A stretch of DNA of 64,000 bases from an uncultured Nitrososphaerota archaeon (GTDB lineage Archaea; Thermoproteota; Nitrososphaeria; Nitrososphaerales; Gagatemarchaeaceae). The DNA is taken from NCBI GenBank assembly GCA_963703285.1, contig OY969807.1, positions 1,408,001-1,472,000 on the forward strand, written 5' to 3'. The notes below the pieces were generated by a model that did not search any database, was not told where the DNA came from, and worked only from the letters and a program-made list of their open reading frames with translations. Positions 28,705 to 37,975 of the stretch are shown piece after piece. A program made the position numbers and the translations under genes. The first letter of the stretch is position 1, and every line of letters begins with the position of its first letter.

Positions 28705-29139
28705 CTACGGCAGGGATGGGCGTCGGTCCTTCAGCCTGATGACGAACCTAAGCCCCGACCAGGTCTCGTCCACCGAACATATCTTGACGTCTACCAGTCC
28801 GCACTTCAGACCGGTCGCCCTGACGAGGTCCTCGGTCACGTCTGTCTGCATCTTCGACGAGCGCTTGGGCCAAGAAATCCAGATCATGCCGCTCTTCCTG
28901 ATCCTCCCCCGGAGGTGGGGAAGCTGCCTATCCAGGACCGCCCGGTCCTTCACGAACATCTGGACCAGGTCGAGCTCCCCGGCAGACGCCTCGACGATGG
29001 ACGCGCCTTCCGGCATCCTCCCCAGACCGGCTACATACCCCTCGGGCGGGTCGATGAACGCCAGTCTCTGACCGCGGGTGATTCCCAGCTTCTTGGCGAG
29101 TGGCTTTCCGGAGTATCCTGCGGGCACGGACACGGGCAT
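28705..29139 (-). CDS. DUF3052-like protein
   Basis: AGYSGKPLAKKLGI, WISWPK, GLVDVKICSVDETWSGL. Confidence 0.85.
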   Translation of the reverse strand: MPVSVPAGYSGKPLAKKLGITRGQRLAFIDPPEGYVAGLGRMPEGASIVEASAGELDLVQMFVKDRAVLDRQLPHLRGRIRKSGMIWISWPKRSSKMQTDVTEDLVRATGLKCGLVDVKICSVDETWSGLRFVIRLKDRRPSLP

Positions 29140-29225
29140 ATCCTGTCGAATAGTTAACCTTGGGGCGGGATACGCAGGGCTAGGGCCCCTGAGAGGCTTA
29201 AATCGCCGGGCGCCCTCGTCCCGCC

Positions 29226-29615
29226 ATGCAGACAATCAAGAGCTACGTGTCCGTAAGAGGCGCGCAGCTGTTTACCGAGACGATGGGGGAAGGGGAGCCC
29301 CTCCTGCTGCTTCACGGAGGGTTCGGGACCAACGAGGACTTCGCGTCGGTCACGCCGGAGCTGGCCAAGCACTTCAGAGTCGTCGCGTTCGAGAGGCCGG
29401 TGGCGATAGTCTGCTTCAAGCAGGGAAGGACGGCGAGCGAGGACGAGCTTAAGGCCCACCTCGCGAGGTACGTCGACGAGGGCAAGATCGCGAAGTTCTG
29501 GCTTCCTGAGAGGATTGTGGTGAGCGGTGAACCCCTGCCGAAGACGAGCACCGGGAAGCTGGACAAGAAGCCGCTCCGTGAGAAGTACTCGTCCGTCCTG
29601 GCTGCGGGTGGTTAG
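29226..29615 (+). pseudogene. Chimera: alpha/beta-hydrolase N-terminus fused to an acyl-CoA ligase C-terminus
   Basis: GEPLLLLHGG..FRVVAFERP joined to ERPVAIV..IAKFWLPE..LPKTSTGKLDKKPLR. Confidence 0.8.
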
Positions 29616-29620
29616 GGCGT

Positions 29621-30511
29621 ATGAGCGCCCCGGATGTGGCCAAGCTGCGGGAGGAGTTCAAGGAGCCGCACGAGCTGGTCAAGATGTCCGACGGGAAGAC
29701 CATCTTCGTGAGGCACTGGGTCGGCTCCTCTGAAGATGGTTTGGCCATCCTGATATTCCACGGGATAACCGGGTACAGCGAGCCCTACGGGAAGATGCTC
29801 GCCGAGGAGCTCTCGGCGGCGGGTTTCGAGGTCTTCGGGATGGACCTGAGGGGGCACGGGAGGTCCGATGGGGTGAGGGGGGACTATCCGAGCGCCGATA
29901 GGCTGTCGAAGGACCTCTGCGAGACGGTATCGTTCCTGAAGGGCAAGTTCTCGAAGGTGGTCGTGCTCGGCCACAGCGAAGGGGCCCTGCGCGCCGTGAT
30001 AGTGGCGAACAGCTGCCCCGCGGACGTCGACGGGCTGATTCTTCTCAGCGTCGGGAAGTCATTCAGACCCGGCGCCTATGACAAACCCCCTGCGAGCGTC
30101 GCTCTGAAGTCCCTCCTCGGGGTCACCCTCTTTCCGGGAAGCCGGTTGATAGAGTATCGTCGCCGAGGGATGCTCGGCAAGGACGACCCTCTGTTCAATT
30201 TCCAGTACACAGCACGGTTCTACTCGTACGTCTACGGGATGAGCGCCCTCTCTGTCGTCAGGATGCGCGGGAGGAACGTTATCGAGTCTCCGAACATGAC
30301 CATCTCGGCGAGGCGGGACATCCCCGTGCTGGTCGGCGTCGGTGACCAGGACGAGTTGTTCTCGGTGGATTCGGCGAGGGCGTTCTTCGAGAGCATCGGG
30401 TCTGGCCCGAAGGAGTTCATGGTGATACCGCGCGGACATCATGCGGCGTTTCCACCGGGGTCCTGGTCCCAGCTCACAGCGTGGCTCAGGAAGAGCTACC
30501 TTGGGAAGTGA
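29621..30511 (+). CDS. Alpha/beta hydrolase (lysophospholipase-like)
   Basis: IFHG, DLRGHGRS, GHSEG, GDQD, GHH. Confidence 0.9.
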   Translation: MSAPDVAKLREEFKEPHELVKMSDGKTIFVRHWVGSSEDGLAILIFHGITGYSEPYGKMLAEELSAAGFEVFGMDLRGHGRSDGVRGDYPSADRLSKDLCETVSFLKGKFSKVVVLGHSEGALRAVIVANSCPADVDGLILLSVGKSFRPGAYDKPPASVALKSLLGVTLFPGSRLIEYRRRGMLGKDDPLFNFQYTARFYSYVYGMSALSVVRMRGRNVIESPNMTISARRDIPVLVGVGDQDELFSVDSARAFFESIGSGPKEFMVIPRGHHAAFPPGSWSQLTAWLRKSYLGK

Positions 30512-30576
30512 TGGTTAGAAGCCCCGCTTTAGCGAGGTCGTGGTCGAACCTCCCAGAATCTCGCCGAGAGAACTCG

Positions 30577-31296
30577 CTAACTCTTCTTGAGCTTGACGAA
30601 TTCCACGAGTCCGTCCCTGAACCTGATGCTCGCGTGGCTCCCGTTGCAGAAAGGTTTGTTGGAGGACGCCCCGCATCGGCAGAGCGTCATCCGATTTCGT
30701 ATCTCGTAGGGAGTCCCATCCTCTGACTCCACCCTGATTCCACCCTGTACGTAGAGCGGTCCGCTGCAACCCAGGGCGGGATCCTCGACCACGCCTATGG
30801 AGGGCTTGAGCTTTGGTTCAATTTCCTGCCCCGTCTTCTTGTCTTGCAAGACCAGCCTCCCCGAGGGGCAGTGGCCCTCCTCTCGGACTGCCAGCTTGCG
30901 CGCCTCAGGGTCGTCCGTCGCTTCCATCAGCCCCCAGATCTTGCCCCCGGGATCGCAAAAGCGGGCGAAAGCGCAGAGCCCTTCTGCGTCGCTCAGTGTC
31001 ATCGTCGCTCCATCAAATATGTCGGCCTGCCTTGCGTATGGCTGTCGCGTCGCAGTCTCGGTTCCGTTGAAGTGGGTGCTCGCGTGCGAGCTGTCGCAGA
31101 ATGGTTTGGTCTTTGAGCGTCCACAGCGGCACAGCTTGTACTCTCCCTTGGTCTCGAAGGTCTTCGCCCTCTTCCAGTCCCAGGAAAGGCCCTCCTCGTT
31201 GGGTGTGATGAGCTCCATGGTGAGCGGGATGCCCGCCGAGACGACGTAGGGTCCGTCCTTGGAGACGACAATCTTCCTCTCGGAGGGTTCCGCCAT
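30577..31296 (-). CDS. CDGSH iron-sulfur domain protein (two CDGSH motifs plus a central Cys domain)
   Basis: LCRCGRSKTKPFCDSSH, LCRCGASSNKPFCNGSH, CPSGRL. Confidence 0.9.
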   Translation of the reverse strand: MAEPSERKIVVSKDGPYVVSAGIPLTMELITPNEEGLSWDWKRAKTFETKGEYKLCRCGRSKTKPFCDSSHASTHFNGTETATRQPYARQADIFDGATMTLSDAEGLCAFARFCDPGGKIWGLMEATDDPEARKLAVREEGHCPSGRLVLQDKKTGQEIEPKLKPSIGVVEDPALGCSGPLYVQGGIRVESEDGTPYEIRNRMTLCRCGASSNKPFCNGSHASIRFRDGLVEFVKLKKS

Positions 31297-31397
31297 CGAT
31301 GTTCGAATCCTCGGTCCAAAAATGTGCGGTGGGTGATTAATAAACCTCCACGCGTCCAAGAGGTAATCATACATACGCGGTTGACGTGGCCGCGGTC

Positions 31398-32372
31398 ATG
31401 ACCATCCCTGGAGAGCGAGGAGGTCCGCGGGTTGTCCCGCAATCCGTGGTGGCCCCGCTGACCCGCGCTGCGATTTTTCTGGTGGTGACGGTCAACCCGG
31501 GCGCAGCGGATGCTGCGACGGTCAGGTCGCTGTGCGGGGACATCGCCGGACTCGTCCGGTCTGTTGGGGTCCGCGTCCCCGAAGCGAGCCTTTCGTGCAT
31601 AATGGCGTTCGGGTCGGTGGTATGGGACAGAGTCTTCGGCGAGTCGCGGCCTGCGGAGCTGCACAGCTTCCGGGAGATCGTCGCCGGGGAGAGACGCGCC
31701 GTCTCCACTCCCGGCGACATCCTATTCCACATAAGGGCACAGCGGATGGACCTGTGCTTCGAGCTGTCGGCCCAGATAATGAGCAGGCTCGGGTCGGCAG
31801 TCTCCATCGTAGACGAGGTGGACGGGTTCCGTTACTTCGACAGCAGGGACCTGATAGGCTTCGTAGATGGGACCGAGAACCCGAAGGGGCAGGCGGCGGT
31901 CGACGCCACCCTCGTGGGCGAGGAGGACCCCACCTTCAGCGCAGGGAGCTACGTGATTGTGCAGAAGTATCTCCACGACCTGAAGGGATGGAACGCCCTC
32001 CCCGTGAAGGAGCAGGAGGGCATCGTCGGCAGGACGAAGCTAGACGACATCGAGCTGGAGGACTCTGTGAAGCCGAGCTTCGCCCACAACGCGCTGGCGA
32101 AGGTGGTGAGGGATGGGGAGCAGGTTGACATACTCCGGGACAACATGGCCTTCGGCCAAGCGGGGTTCGGCGAGTTCGGGACGTACTTCATCGGCTACAG
32201 CAGGTCACCTGGCACGACGGAGGAGATGCTCCAGAACATGTTCGTCGGCAAGCCTCCCGGCAACTACGACAGGCTGCTGGACTTCAGCCGAGCCGTCACG
32301 GGCAGCCTCTTCTTCGCGCCCTCGGCCACCTTCTTGGAGAGGGCCTCCAAGGTCGAACGTAGGACGGCCTGA
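31398..32372 (+). CDS. Dyp-type peroxidase
   Basis: GFVDGTENP, VQKYLHD, FAHN, ILRDNM. Confidence 0.93.
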   Translation: MTIPGERGGPRVVPQSVVAPLTRAAIFLVVTVNPGAADAATVRSLCGDIAGLVRSVGVRVPEASLSCIMAFGSVVWDRVFGESRPAELHSFREIVAGERRAVSTPGDILFHIRAQRMDLCFELSAQIMSRLGSAVSIVDEVDGFRYFDSRDLIGFVDGTENPKGQAAVDATLVGEEDPTFSAGSYVIVQKYLHDLKGWNALPVKEQEGIVGRTKLDDIELEDSVKPSFAHNALAKVVRDGEQVDILRDNMAFGQAGFGEFGTYFIGYSRSPGTTEEMLQNMFVGKPPGNYDRLLDFSRAVTGSLFFAPSATFLERASKVERRTA

Positions 32373-32497
32373 TTCGCACCGGGGTTTGCCTGACTGTGTC
32401 TGCTCGAGCGGGTTCTGTCGCCTGAAATGGTCGATTTGCAATCCAAGGTCACGGGCGTCACGGAAGAATAGCGCGACCGTCTCGCAATCTCGAGCTC

Positions 32498-34552
32498 TCA
32501 GGAGGTCGCCTGCTGGCGTCGGACATTCCTGCGCCCCTTCCTCCTTCTCACTGCCAAGAACCCCGAGACCACCCCGAGACCCGCAATCCCTCCGACCGCC
32601 GCGGCCTGAGGGAACGAGGTCGTCAGATGTTCGGCGACGCTCACAACGTCGCTGAGTGGGGCGAGGACTGGTTTCATGTAGCTGTCCACCACGTTGACCG
32701 CATCAGAGAGTGGGGCCGTCACAGGAGCGACGTACTGGTCAACGGCTTTGACGACATCGGAGAGCGTCGCCACAGCAGGAGCGACGTACTGGTCAACGGC
32801 TTTGACGACATCGGAGAGCGTCGCCACAGCAGGAGCGACGTAGGCGTCGCCTATGCTAACGGAATCTGTCAAGGGTGAGTTCACGGGAGGGGTGACTACA
32901 TCTGCCGCAGCCACCGTATCCTGAAGAGTGGCTGTTACCGTCACGCCTTGGGGATAGACCGTGAGCGTAAAGACGCCCGCGCACGGCGAGGATATGTAGG
33001 GGTAGCAGGAGGTCCCGCCGTACAGGAGAGCCTCTCCGACCATTATCGTGTAGACTCCTGGCGACACAGAGGCTGAGGCCGTTATGGCCAGCCCGAACTC
33101 CCCGAGCGGCGGGGCTCCGGACTCCTCGAAGGGGTAGAACGTCAACGAAATCCCTGGCACCGGAGGAGACACCGAGTAGGCATAGACGGCCGTCGCGGGG
33201 GCTTCGCCGATGATCGTCCCGGTGACGAGAACGGGGAAGGAGTTGCCGATTCCGGCGAAGGCGGTCCCTGAATTCGGCGTCAGGGATACCAACTCCACCA
33301 CGTCTGCAACGGGCTCGACGGTGAGCTGGTATGTCGGTCGGACGCAAGAGCCCGAGCAGTCGGTCCCCGCGACAAAGAGCTCGTCATCAACTGTGATAGT
33401 GTAGATTCCAGCTGGAGCCGCTGGAGTAACTGTGATGACCATCGTGAAGATGGTGGAGGGTGGCGATCCAACGTCGTATCCAGGGTTGAAGGAGACGGAG
33501 ACGCCCGCCGGGTCCCCGCTGACGCTGGCCAGGGGAACTTCGCCGTCGACGTAGCCTCCGCTGACCTTGGGAGTCAGTGTCGAGTAGAGTGTGCCGCCGA
33601 TGCCCCCCGTGACCTCGCCCGACGTCGCGCTGAGGGTCAGGCTCGTCACCACGTCGTTGGACTGGAGGACGATTGTGGTCGAGGTTGAGGATGAGGAGGA
33701 TGAGGAGGAAGAGGAGGAAGAGGAGGAAGAGGAGGAAGAGGAGGAAGAGGAGGAAGAGGAGGAAGAGGAGGAAGAGGAGGAAGAGGAGGAAGAGGAGGAA
33801 GAGGACACTCCGGATGGCTCCAGTGCGATTCCTACTTCGGCCCAAGTGACCGATGAATCCATCGGAAGGGTCGCCGGGAATTCCGTGGGATTGGCTGCGC
33901 CACCATTGGAGTACTCCGCTACACCCGACTCTGCGGCGTCGTTCAACGGGGTCGAGAACGTGAACCCGGTCGCCGCGGTCGGACTAGACAATTCTTGCGT
34001 CCCAATCATGCCTAGAAGAAAGGCGCCGCTCTGGAACGATACAAGTCCGGGGTATGTCACAATCGAGGAGCCCGCCCCGATGCCGGTTGCAACCCCGATT
34101 CCCGAAGAGGTAACTCCCGAAATTTCGTAGATATAGAGGGCTGACTGTATGCTTGCGTAGGGGTTACTCCAAGTTATCATGACTTCATCAGAGCCGCCAC
34201 TTGTGAGAGCGGCGTAGTATACGTAGGTGCACACAGGATCGTTGCACGTTGACCCGGCTAGAGAGTATGACGATCCCAAAGTGTCGGTCACGGAGGTAAC
34301 GGAATCACCGTAGGTTGCCACGCCTACCACGACGATGTCTCCGCTGGCCACGCCGTCAGTGAATGTCGCCGACAGAGCGCACGACATCGACTCCCCGCAA
34401 CCGCTACTGGTCTGCTGGACGAGCGACGAATCGGCTCTAACCAGTGGGGCGTTAGCCAGCACCGAGACAAGAAAGATCAAGAAGACGACCAGGACTGCGA
34501 GCGCGGGGAACCTGAATCCTACAGGTTTTCGCGGCTTATTTGACTGGGTCAT
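32498..34552 (-). CDS. Secreted, C-terminally anchored surface protein with a poly-Ser linker and 18-aa DxxxxxD repeats
   Basis: Signal peptide, beta-rich domains, poly-Ser, ATLSDVVKAVDQYV repeats, C-terminal TM plus RRRK. Confidence 0.8.
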   Translation of the reverse strand: MTQSNKPRKPVGFRFPALAVLVVFLIFLVSVLANAPLVRADSSLVQQTSSGCGESMSCALSATFTDGVASGDIVVVGVATYGDSVTSVTDTLGSSYSLAGSTCNDPVCTYVYYAALTSGGSDEVMITWSNPYASIQSALYIYEISGVTSSGIGVATGIGAGSSIVTYPGLVSFQSGAFLLGMIGTQELSSPTAATGFTFSTPLNDAAESGVAEYSNGGAANPTEFPATLPMDSSVTWAEVGIALEPSGVSSSSSSSSSSSSSSSSSSSSSSSSSSSSSSSSSSSSSSSSTSTTIVLQSNDVVTSLTLSATSGEVTGGIGGTLYSTLTPKVSGGYVDGEVPLASVSGDPAGVSVSFNPGYDVGSPPSTIFTMVITVTPAAPAGIYTITVDDELFVAGTDCSGSCVRPTYQLTVEPVADVVELVSLTPNSGTAFAGIGNSFPVLVTGTIIGEAPATAVYAYSVSPPVPGISLTFYPFEESGAPPLGEFGLAITASASVSPGVYTIMVGEALLYGGTSCYPYISSPCAGVFTLTVYPQGVTVTATLQDTVAAADVVTPPVNSPLTDSVSIGDAYVAPAVATLSDVVKAVDQYVAPAVATLSDVVKAVDQYVAPVTAPLSDAVNVVDSYMKPVLAPLSDVVSVAEHLTTSFPQAAAVGGIAGLGVVSGFLAVRRRKGRRNVRRQQATS
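32722..32842. repeat. 54-bp tandem repeat (about 2.2 exact copies) within the surface protein gene
   Basis: CAGGAGCGACGTACTGGTCAACGGCTTTGACGACATCGGAGAGCGTCGCCACAG at 32722 and 32776. Confidence 0.9.
33702..33800. repeat. (GAGGAGGAA)11 microsatellite encoding poly-Ser
   Basis: Eleven perfect 9-bp units. Confidence 0.95.
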
Positions 34553-34704
34553 GGTGTCACTTCCGGCCAGCCCAGAGCGACAGGAAACATTATGGCGCCA
34601 TCGGTGGCGAAGGTGAACAGCTCGGCCGCGCAGGCTAAGGCTCGGTCCGTCGCCAGCAAACTAATGCAGGAGACTCCAAGCCAGCCCGTCTCACTCAACT
34701 CATC

Positions 34705-35472
34705 TCAGGATACCGTGAACTGGATCGTGACGAGCATCGAGTCTCCGGCGGCGACCGAGATGGGAGTCGGGACGGTGAGAATGTCGAATGCAGCGTTACC
34801 TATACCATAGCTCGGGTTCGCCATTTGCGAGAGAGGTCCAGCGCCGGCCTCCAGGACCGCACATGGAGTTTGCGATATGTCGTAGATGCAGTTAGTCGCT
34901 GTGAATGTCGTCGGGCCGAATGTCGCCTGGGTTATCCAGCCACTACAGAGGGGTCCCGTGGGGGCCGGGGTGCCAGCGTTCGGGTCACACCCCAGCGGTG
35001 TGAGGATATTCGTTGCCGCAGCGTTAGCCTGACATCCGGTGACGCTGAAACCGTTTTCCGTTTCCGCTCCGGCGTTCTCTGAACAAGTTCCGCCTATGAA
35101 GGGGTAGCTCGCCGGAGCGAAGACAATCGCGACGCCGTTGATGAACGAGGAACAGGAGCCGTTAGCAGGCGTCGAAGCTGGTCCTACGGGGTCGGTGCTG
35201 CCTCCAACAGACCCCGGTATGCACGCAGCGATTGCGTTGACCGCGATGTTGGTCAAGGGGTCCGGACCGGTCCACGTGGATACCACCTTGCCGTCCGGCG
35301 CCACGACCTTGATCGTCTCCGTGCCGCTGAGGTACAGACCGTCAGTCACTTTTCCGCTTGTATTCGTATTGAGAACGTTCGACAACACGGTCGAACCGAG
35401 AAGGACACCGATAGCTAGACTTCCGACAACGACAAGCGAGACCTTCGCCTTGGACGAAAGCTGCAAATGCAA
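34705..35472 (-). CDS. Secreted/anchored Cys-containing beta protein, partner of the adjacent surface protein
   Basis: N-terminal hydrophobic segment; GTETIKVVAPDGKVV..LTN..TF..LEAG..ISVAAGDSMLVTIQFTVS. Confidence 0.7.
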   Translation of the reverse strand: MHLQLSSKAKVSLVVVGSLAIGVLLGSTVLSNVLNTNTSGKVTDGLYLSGTETIKVVAPDGKVVSTWTGPDPLTNIAVNAIAACIPGSVGGSTDPVGPASTPANGSCSSFINGVAIVFAPASYPFIGGTCSENAGAETENGFSVTGCQANAAATNILTPLGCDPNAGTPAPTGPLCSGWITQATFGPTTFTATNCIYDISQTPCAVLEAGAGPLSQMANPSYGIGNAAFDILTVPTPISVAAGDSMLVTIQFTVS

Positions 35473-35537
35473 CTAAGCGCATATAACTTATGACATAAAA
35501 GTCTTCTGGAACATGAATACGAATGTTTCCTTTCGCT

Positions 35538-35680
35538 GAGGTGTGTCGAATAACTGGAAGTTTAGTCGCACTTGAATTAAATCCGCCAGAAAGAAAGCGC
35601 AGAATTGACACCCTTGTACCAATCGGTCGACCTGAAATAGTCCGAGTTCACGGTAAACGGCGAGTTATTCGACACACCTC
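35538..35680. mobile_element. 143-bp MITE (non-autonomous IS derivative)
   Basis: Perfect 18-bp TIR GAGGTGTGTCGAATAACT / AGTTATTCGACACACCTC flanked by direct repeat TTTCGCT (35531-35537, 35681-35687). Confidence 0.88.
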
Positions 35681-36022
35681 TTTCGCTGTGAAGAGAAGGC
35701 TTCCGCCAATTCGTAGGTGTGACGGATTCGAACTCGAGAACCCCCTGAAAGTTCCGTTATGTGTCAGGAGATTCTCGCTGGATTCGATTCTTGCTGACCG
35801 CCAATGCTCCTCCACCATCGTGATAGGAGTTCCGAGTTCCATCGAGAACTCGCGTGAGTTGTGAATATTGTAAAGGCTCAAATGTGGTTCAAAGAGCCTC
35901 CTTGGTAACGTACAGGGCGATGAACAAGAACGAGTAGTCTCTAAGCGTCATCGAGCGGTATGGACCGTCCTCGCAACGTTTTTCTAACATATGCCAACCA
36001 CGACGCGACAACCGCCTTGGTA

Positions 36023-36553
36023 ATGGTCTTCCAGGTAGCCGCGCCGGCGGGACTGGCTGACGCTGTCTATGGGGTGGTCGCGGCGCTGCTCATCACGGGC
36101 GCCGTGATTGCCTTGCTCTCATTGAGGGCTGGGAAGGAGAAGAGGGTGAAGCTACTCGTCGTCGGCGTTGTGGTGCTCGTGGCTGGCGGGGGCGTCTTCT
36201 TCGTCTCCAACCCCACCCATCAGGACTCGATAAGAGTCGGATCAGGTTCCGTCCAGGTCTCCACTTCTTTCTTCAACGTCAACGTCACCTCGAACCAGAT
36301 ATCCCGAGCCTTCGTCGTCAACTTCTCCAACTGGAATGTCTCGATAACCTCGAGGACCGACGGGTCGGCGTTCGGCTCGTTTCACTCCGGGTTCTTCTCG
36401 CTTTCCAACGGGGCCAAGGCCGAAGTGCTTACCACCGAAGACACCAACTTGGTAGTGGTGCTCGACAGCGGCACCTATCTCATCCTCGGCCCGTCAGACT
36501 TTCAGTCGTTTCTGAACTCGTTCAGCCAGTCAGTGATGCAGGTCTCCGGTTGA
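36023..36553 (+). CDS. Membrane protein with a bacterial PH-like domain
   Basis: Two TM segments then RTDGSAFGSFHSGFFSLSNG. Confidence 0.7.
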   Translation: MVFQVAAPAGLADAVYGVVAALLITGAVIALLSLRAGKEKRVKLLVVGVVVLVAGGGVFFVSNPTHQDSIRVGSGSVQVSTSFFNVNVTSNQISRAFVVNFSNWNVSITSRTDGSAFGSFHSGFFSLSNGAKAEVLTTEDTNLVVVLDSGTYLILGPSDFQSFLNSFSQSVMQVSG

Positions 36554-36763
36554 CTCACAGTTCAGCCGTCCCGGCTAGTCTCATCAACCCGAGCTGAAGC
36601 GTGGTGTCCGGACGAATTTTCGTTTGCCACGGATTCCTGCGAGAACCCCAATCGCCACAGCGGTTCTGCAATTCCTGATTCTGCGAATTCCGGTTTCTAG
36701 CCCTTTCAAACGGGGTAAGCATCATGCTCAAACCAGGTGCAAACCGTGACTTGCGAGTTTGTA

Positions 36764-36804
36764 TGGTGCGGGGGGTGGGATTCCAGCCCTAATTTGCTGG
36801 TAAA
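36764..36804 (-). repeat. att-like copy of the tRNA-Leu 3' end
   Basis: TGGTGCGGGGGGTGGGATTC is identical (20 bp) to 39621-39640. Confidence 0.85.
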
Positions 36805-36920
36805 TAGTAAACCGATAAGAATCGTTTGTAGTCTGGTGAGCTCGACCAGTATACTTTCGTCTGATAGATTTGAATCATAATTAGGAATAGACCAGGTTTC
36901 GGGGAGGAGTGTCCACAATC

Positions 36921-37349
36921 CTACCTCAAATCCCCTTTGAAGATCCACTGGACGCCATACTTATCATAGAACTGCCCATACATTCCGAATGGCATTTCGT
37001 GCAACTCCTGGAACCGCGATTTTTCTGCTCTTGCCGCAAGTTTGTCAAAGACTCTTTTCAGCTCCTCGTATGCTCCACCGATAACAAATACAGCGTATGA
37101 ATTCCCCTGTTTCCACTCAAGTGCAGGGGAAGCCATCCAGTCTGTTGCAGAAATTTCTAAATCACCGCTTTTCAATTGAGCATTTATGATTCTGTCGTGC
37201 TTTTCTTTTGGGAACTGGGCTTTCATGGGGGTATCGCCAACCTTCGTGAGCTTCAGGTCTCCGCCAAGACATTCGTGGTAAAATGTCAGGACTTCTGCAC
37301 AATTTCCGTCAAACAGAAGGAATGGCGTGCAACGCAACATGTTGTTCAC
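36921..37349 (-). CDS. VOC/PhnB family protein (AT-rich)
   Basis: PFLLFDGNCAE..FY, MPFGMYGQFYDKYGVQW. Confidence 0.9.
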   Translation of the reverse strand: MNNMLRCTPFLLFDGNCAEVLTFYHECLGGDLKLTKVGDTPMKAQFPKEKHDRIINAQLKSGDLEISATDWMASPALEWKQGNSYAVFVIGGAYEELKRVFDKLAARAEKSRFQELHEMPFGMYGQFYDKYGVQWIFKGDLR

Positions 37350-37975
37350 CTTAGTCCTTTGGCATTGTCCATATTAATGATATCATGTTTTGGACCAAAA
37401 TCAGTGGGGCCGGTGAGATTCGAAAAGTAGCAGGCAGTAATGGGAGTCAAGCAGTGACTTGCTTCGGCTTCGTCGTGAACAGCCTCCTCTCCTCGTCGCT
37501 GAGAAAGTTATAGCAAGGATACGAGCACCGACACCGAACGAGGAGTACTTCCTGATGACCTTCTTCGGGTTCCTCGTTATCGGCCTTTATTTCATGGGGA
37601 AAATCACCAAGCGAACTCGGACCTAAAGGAAGTCGAAAAGTCGGCGGGGCTGGTGAGCTTCGACCAGTATGCTTTCGTTTTTTGGATTTGGATTAACCCT
37701 CAGACGAGGCTAAAACTTGCGTGACAAAATGGATGAGCCCATGAGCAATCAGCTTTGATGTAGTGGTTAACCGCTCCTTATACTTCGATACCTGAGTAAA
37801 GGTATAACGAACCCAATCTGTAAAGTACCTCATCTGTATTCTGCCCGTTCGAAATGGAGTGAGGGAAAGAAAACAATTGGGCCATTCCGAGGAAAAGGGA
37901 TTGCTTTGGAGATTTAGTCTATCGAGGGGTTTAATAGATATCCAAAAGATCAGGATAGATACTCGACGAGATGGG

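Noticed and set aside
32630-32930. Regularly spaced repeats as a CRISPR array
   Set aside because: Contiguous in-frame coding repeats without unique spacers; no cas genes
33387-34130. Poly-Glu ORF and (LFL)n ORF
   Set aside because: Alternative readings of the poly-Ser microsatellite
35713-35736. GTAGGTGTGACGGATTCGAACTCG as another tRNA-like att fragment
   Set aside because: Too degenerate and lacks the shared extensions; not counted
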